In this document: one piece after another, positions 63,141-64,000 of the stretch
Position numbering within the stretch: the first letter of the stretch is position 1
Layout of the letters: each line of letters begins with the position of its first letter
From: Nostoc sp. DedSLP01
Lineage (GTDB): Bacteria; Cyanobacteriota; Cyanobacteriia; Cyanobacteriales; Nostocaceae
DNA length: 64,000 bases
Assembly: GCA_034530875.2 (NCBI GenBank)
Contig: JAVRCJ020000015.1
Location: 48,744-112,743, forward strand
Direction: 5' to 3'
Position numbers and translations under genes: made by a program
Notes under the pieces: model-generated
Told to the model about the DNA's origin: nothing
The model's input: the letters and a program-made list of their open reading frames with translations, nothing else
The model's database searches: none

Positions 63141-63235
63141 AGGGACTGGCAAGACAAGGGAAACTAAAAAGATAATAACTCCTAACTGCTAATTTAGAAC
63201 TTTCAAACCAGAAGTTAAGAGACTTACCAAAAGCT

Positions 63236-63366
63236 TGCAATCGCATTGCATCTACCTGCAATCGCATTGCATCGACCTGCAATCGTATTGCATCGACCTG
63301 CAATCGCATTGCATCGACCTGCAATCGCATTGCATTGACCTGCAATCGCATTGCATCGACCTGCAA
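63236..63366. repeat. 21-bp tandem repeat x6 with an internal palindrome
   Basis: Unit TGCAATCGCATTGCATCGACC, containing TGCAAT-CGC-ATTGCA. Confidence 0.95.
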
Positions 63367-63633
63367 ACATTACAGCAGTCGTAGGGGCTTGACTGAATGT
63401 CACGCTTGTAAAGATGAAACGTCGTTAGGGTAGGGTGTAGTGGTTTAAGACAATTGAATTTAGTGCCTCAAACAAAACTGTCCTCCAATTTATTCCCTAC
63501 ACCCCACACCCCACACTCTACACCCTGCCTAAACCGATAACTTTGCGATCTACTGAAATTACCTTTTTCTTAACTTACTGTTATTTTTTTGTGGCTATGG
63601 GCACATTAAATATATAATTTCTACGGATATAAT

Positions 63634-64000
63634 ATGGCAACTCCAGATACAACACGCCGTTTGCGCCCTAAACTGATTAGTCAAGATATTACTTCATTGC
63701 ACGGTTTGCAAACTATCCGCACCTACGATACAACTCGTGCTGATGCTTCTGTTGTAAATTTACAGCAAGCTTATCAAGCAATGTTAACTCAGCAACAAGC
63801 CGAAACGGAAAAACTAACTTTATACCGTGCAGCGGCTGATGCTGCGCGATTAGCGGAATGGGAATTTCACAATGCTGTATTAGCGATGAAAGAATCTGTA
63901 CGCGGGCAATTTGGGTCGGACAGCGAACAAGCGCAAGCTGTTGGACTGAAGAAAAAATCAGACCGCAAGCGTCCTACCCGCAAGAAATCAGTTGCAACTG
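63634..64000 (+). CDS. Hypothetical helical protein with a basic tail (runs off the right edge)
   Basis: Manual translation MATPDTTRRL...AEWEFHNAVLAMKESVRGQFGSDSEQAQAVGLKKKSDRKRPTRKK, open to the window end. Confidence 0.8.
   Translation, partial: MATPDTTRRLRPKLISQDITSLHGLQTIRTYDTTRADASVVNLQQAYQAMLTQQQAETEKLTLYRAAADAARLAEWEFHNAVLAMKESVRGQFGSDSEQAQAVGLKKKSDRKRPTRKKSVAT

Overview
Chromosomal window from a heterocyst-forming (Nostocales-like) cyanobacterium, judged from abundant HIP1 GCGATCGC sites, heptamer STRR repeats and the fbp-tal-zwf-opcA operon. Most of it is housekeeping: HU, cobD, ycf55, furC/perR, CRR6, ispD, scpB, an HtrA protease, ispG, an S41 protease, cobB, the OPP operon and mfd. 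The standout region is a ~13 kb accessory block between tRNA-Val(CAC) (42034-42105) and mfd. It holds an intact three-gene operon that looks like pPIWI-RE: a PD-(D/E)xK nuclease, a DinG-like Fe-S helicase and a PIWI-RE Argonaute-superfamily protein. A divergent XRE-HTH plus IrrE/ImmA metallopeptidase pair, resembling a CapH/CapP damage switch, sits head-to-head with it. The block also has a dead IS630, a Schlafen/AlbA_2 protein and two broken TA-like pairs. The left end has a >1245-aa STAND/TPR/WD40 gene that the ORF track missed. It carries an in-frame 21-bp tandem repeat between its Walker A and Walker B motifs, and a HicB-like/VapC pair separates it from an upstream ATPase. Other items are a palindromic 21-bp array beside a protein with a basic tail, a possible orphan IS200/IS605 right end, MITEs and many in-frame repeat insertions. 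All family calls come from motif recognition by eye; no database search was run.
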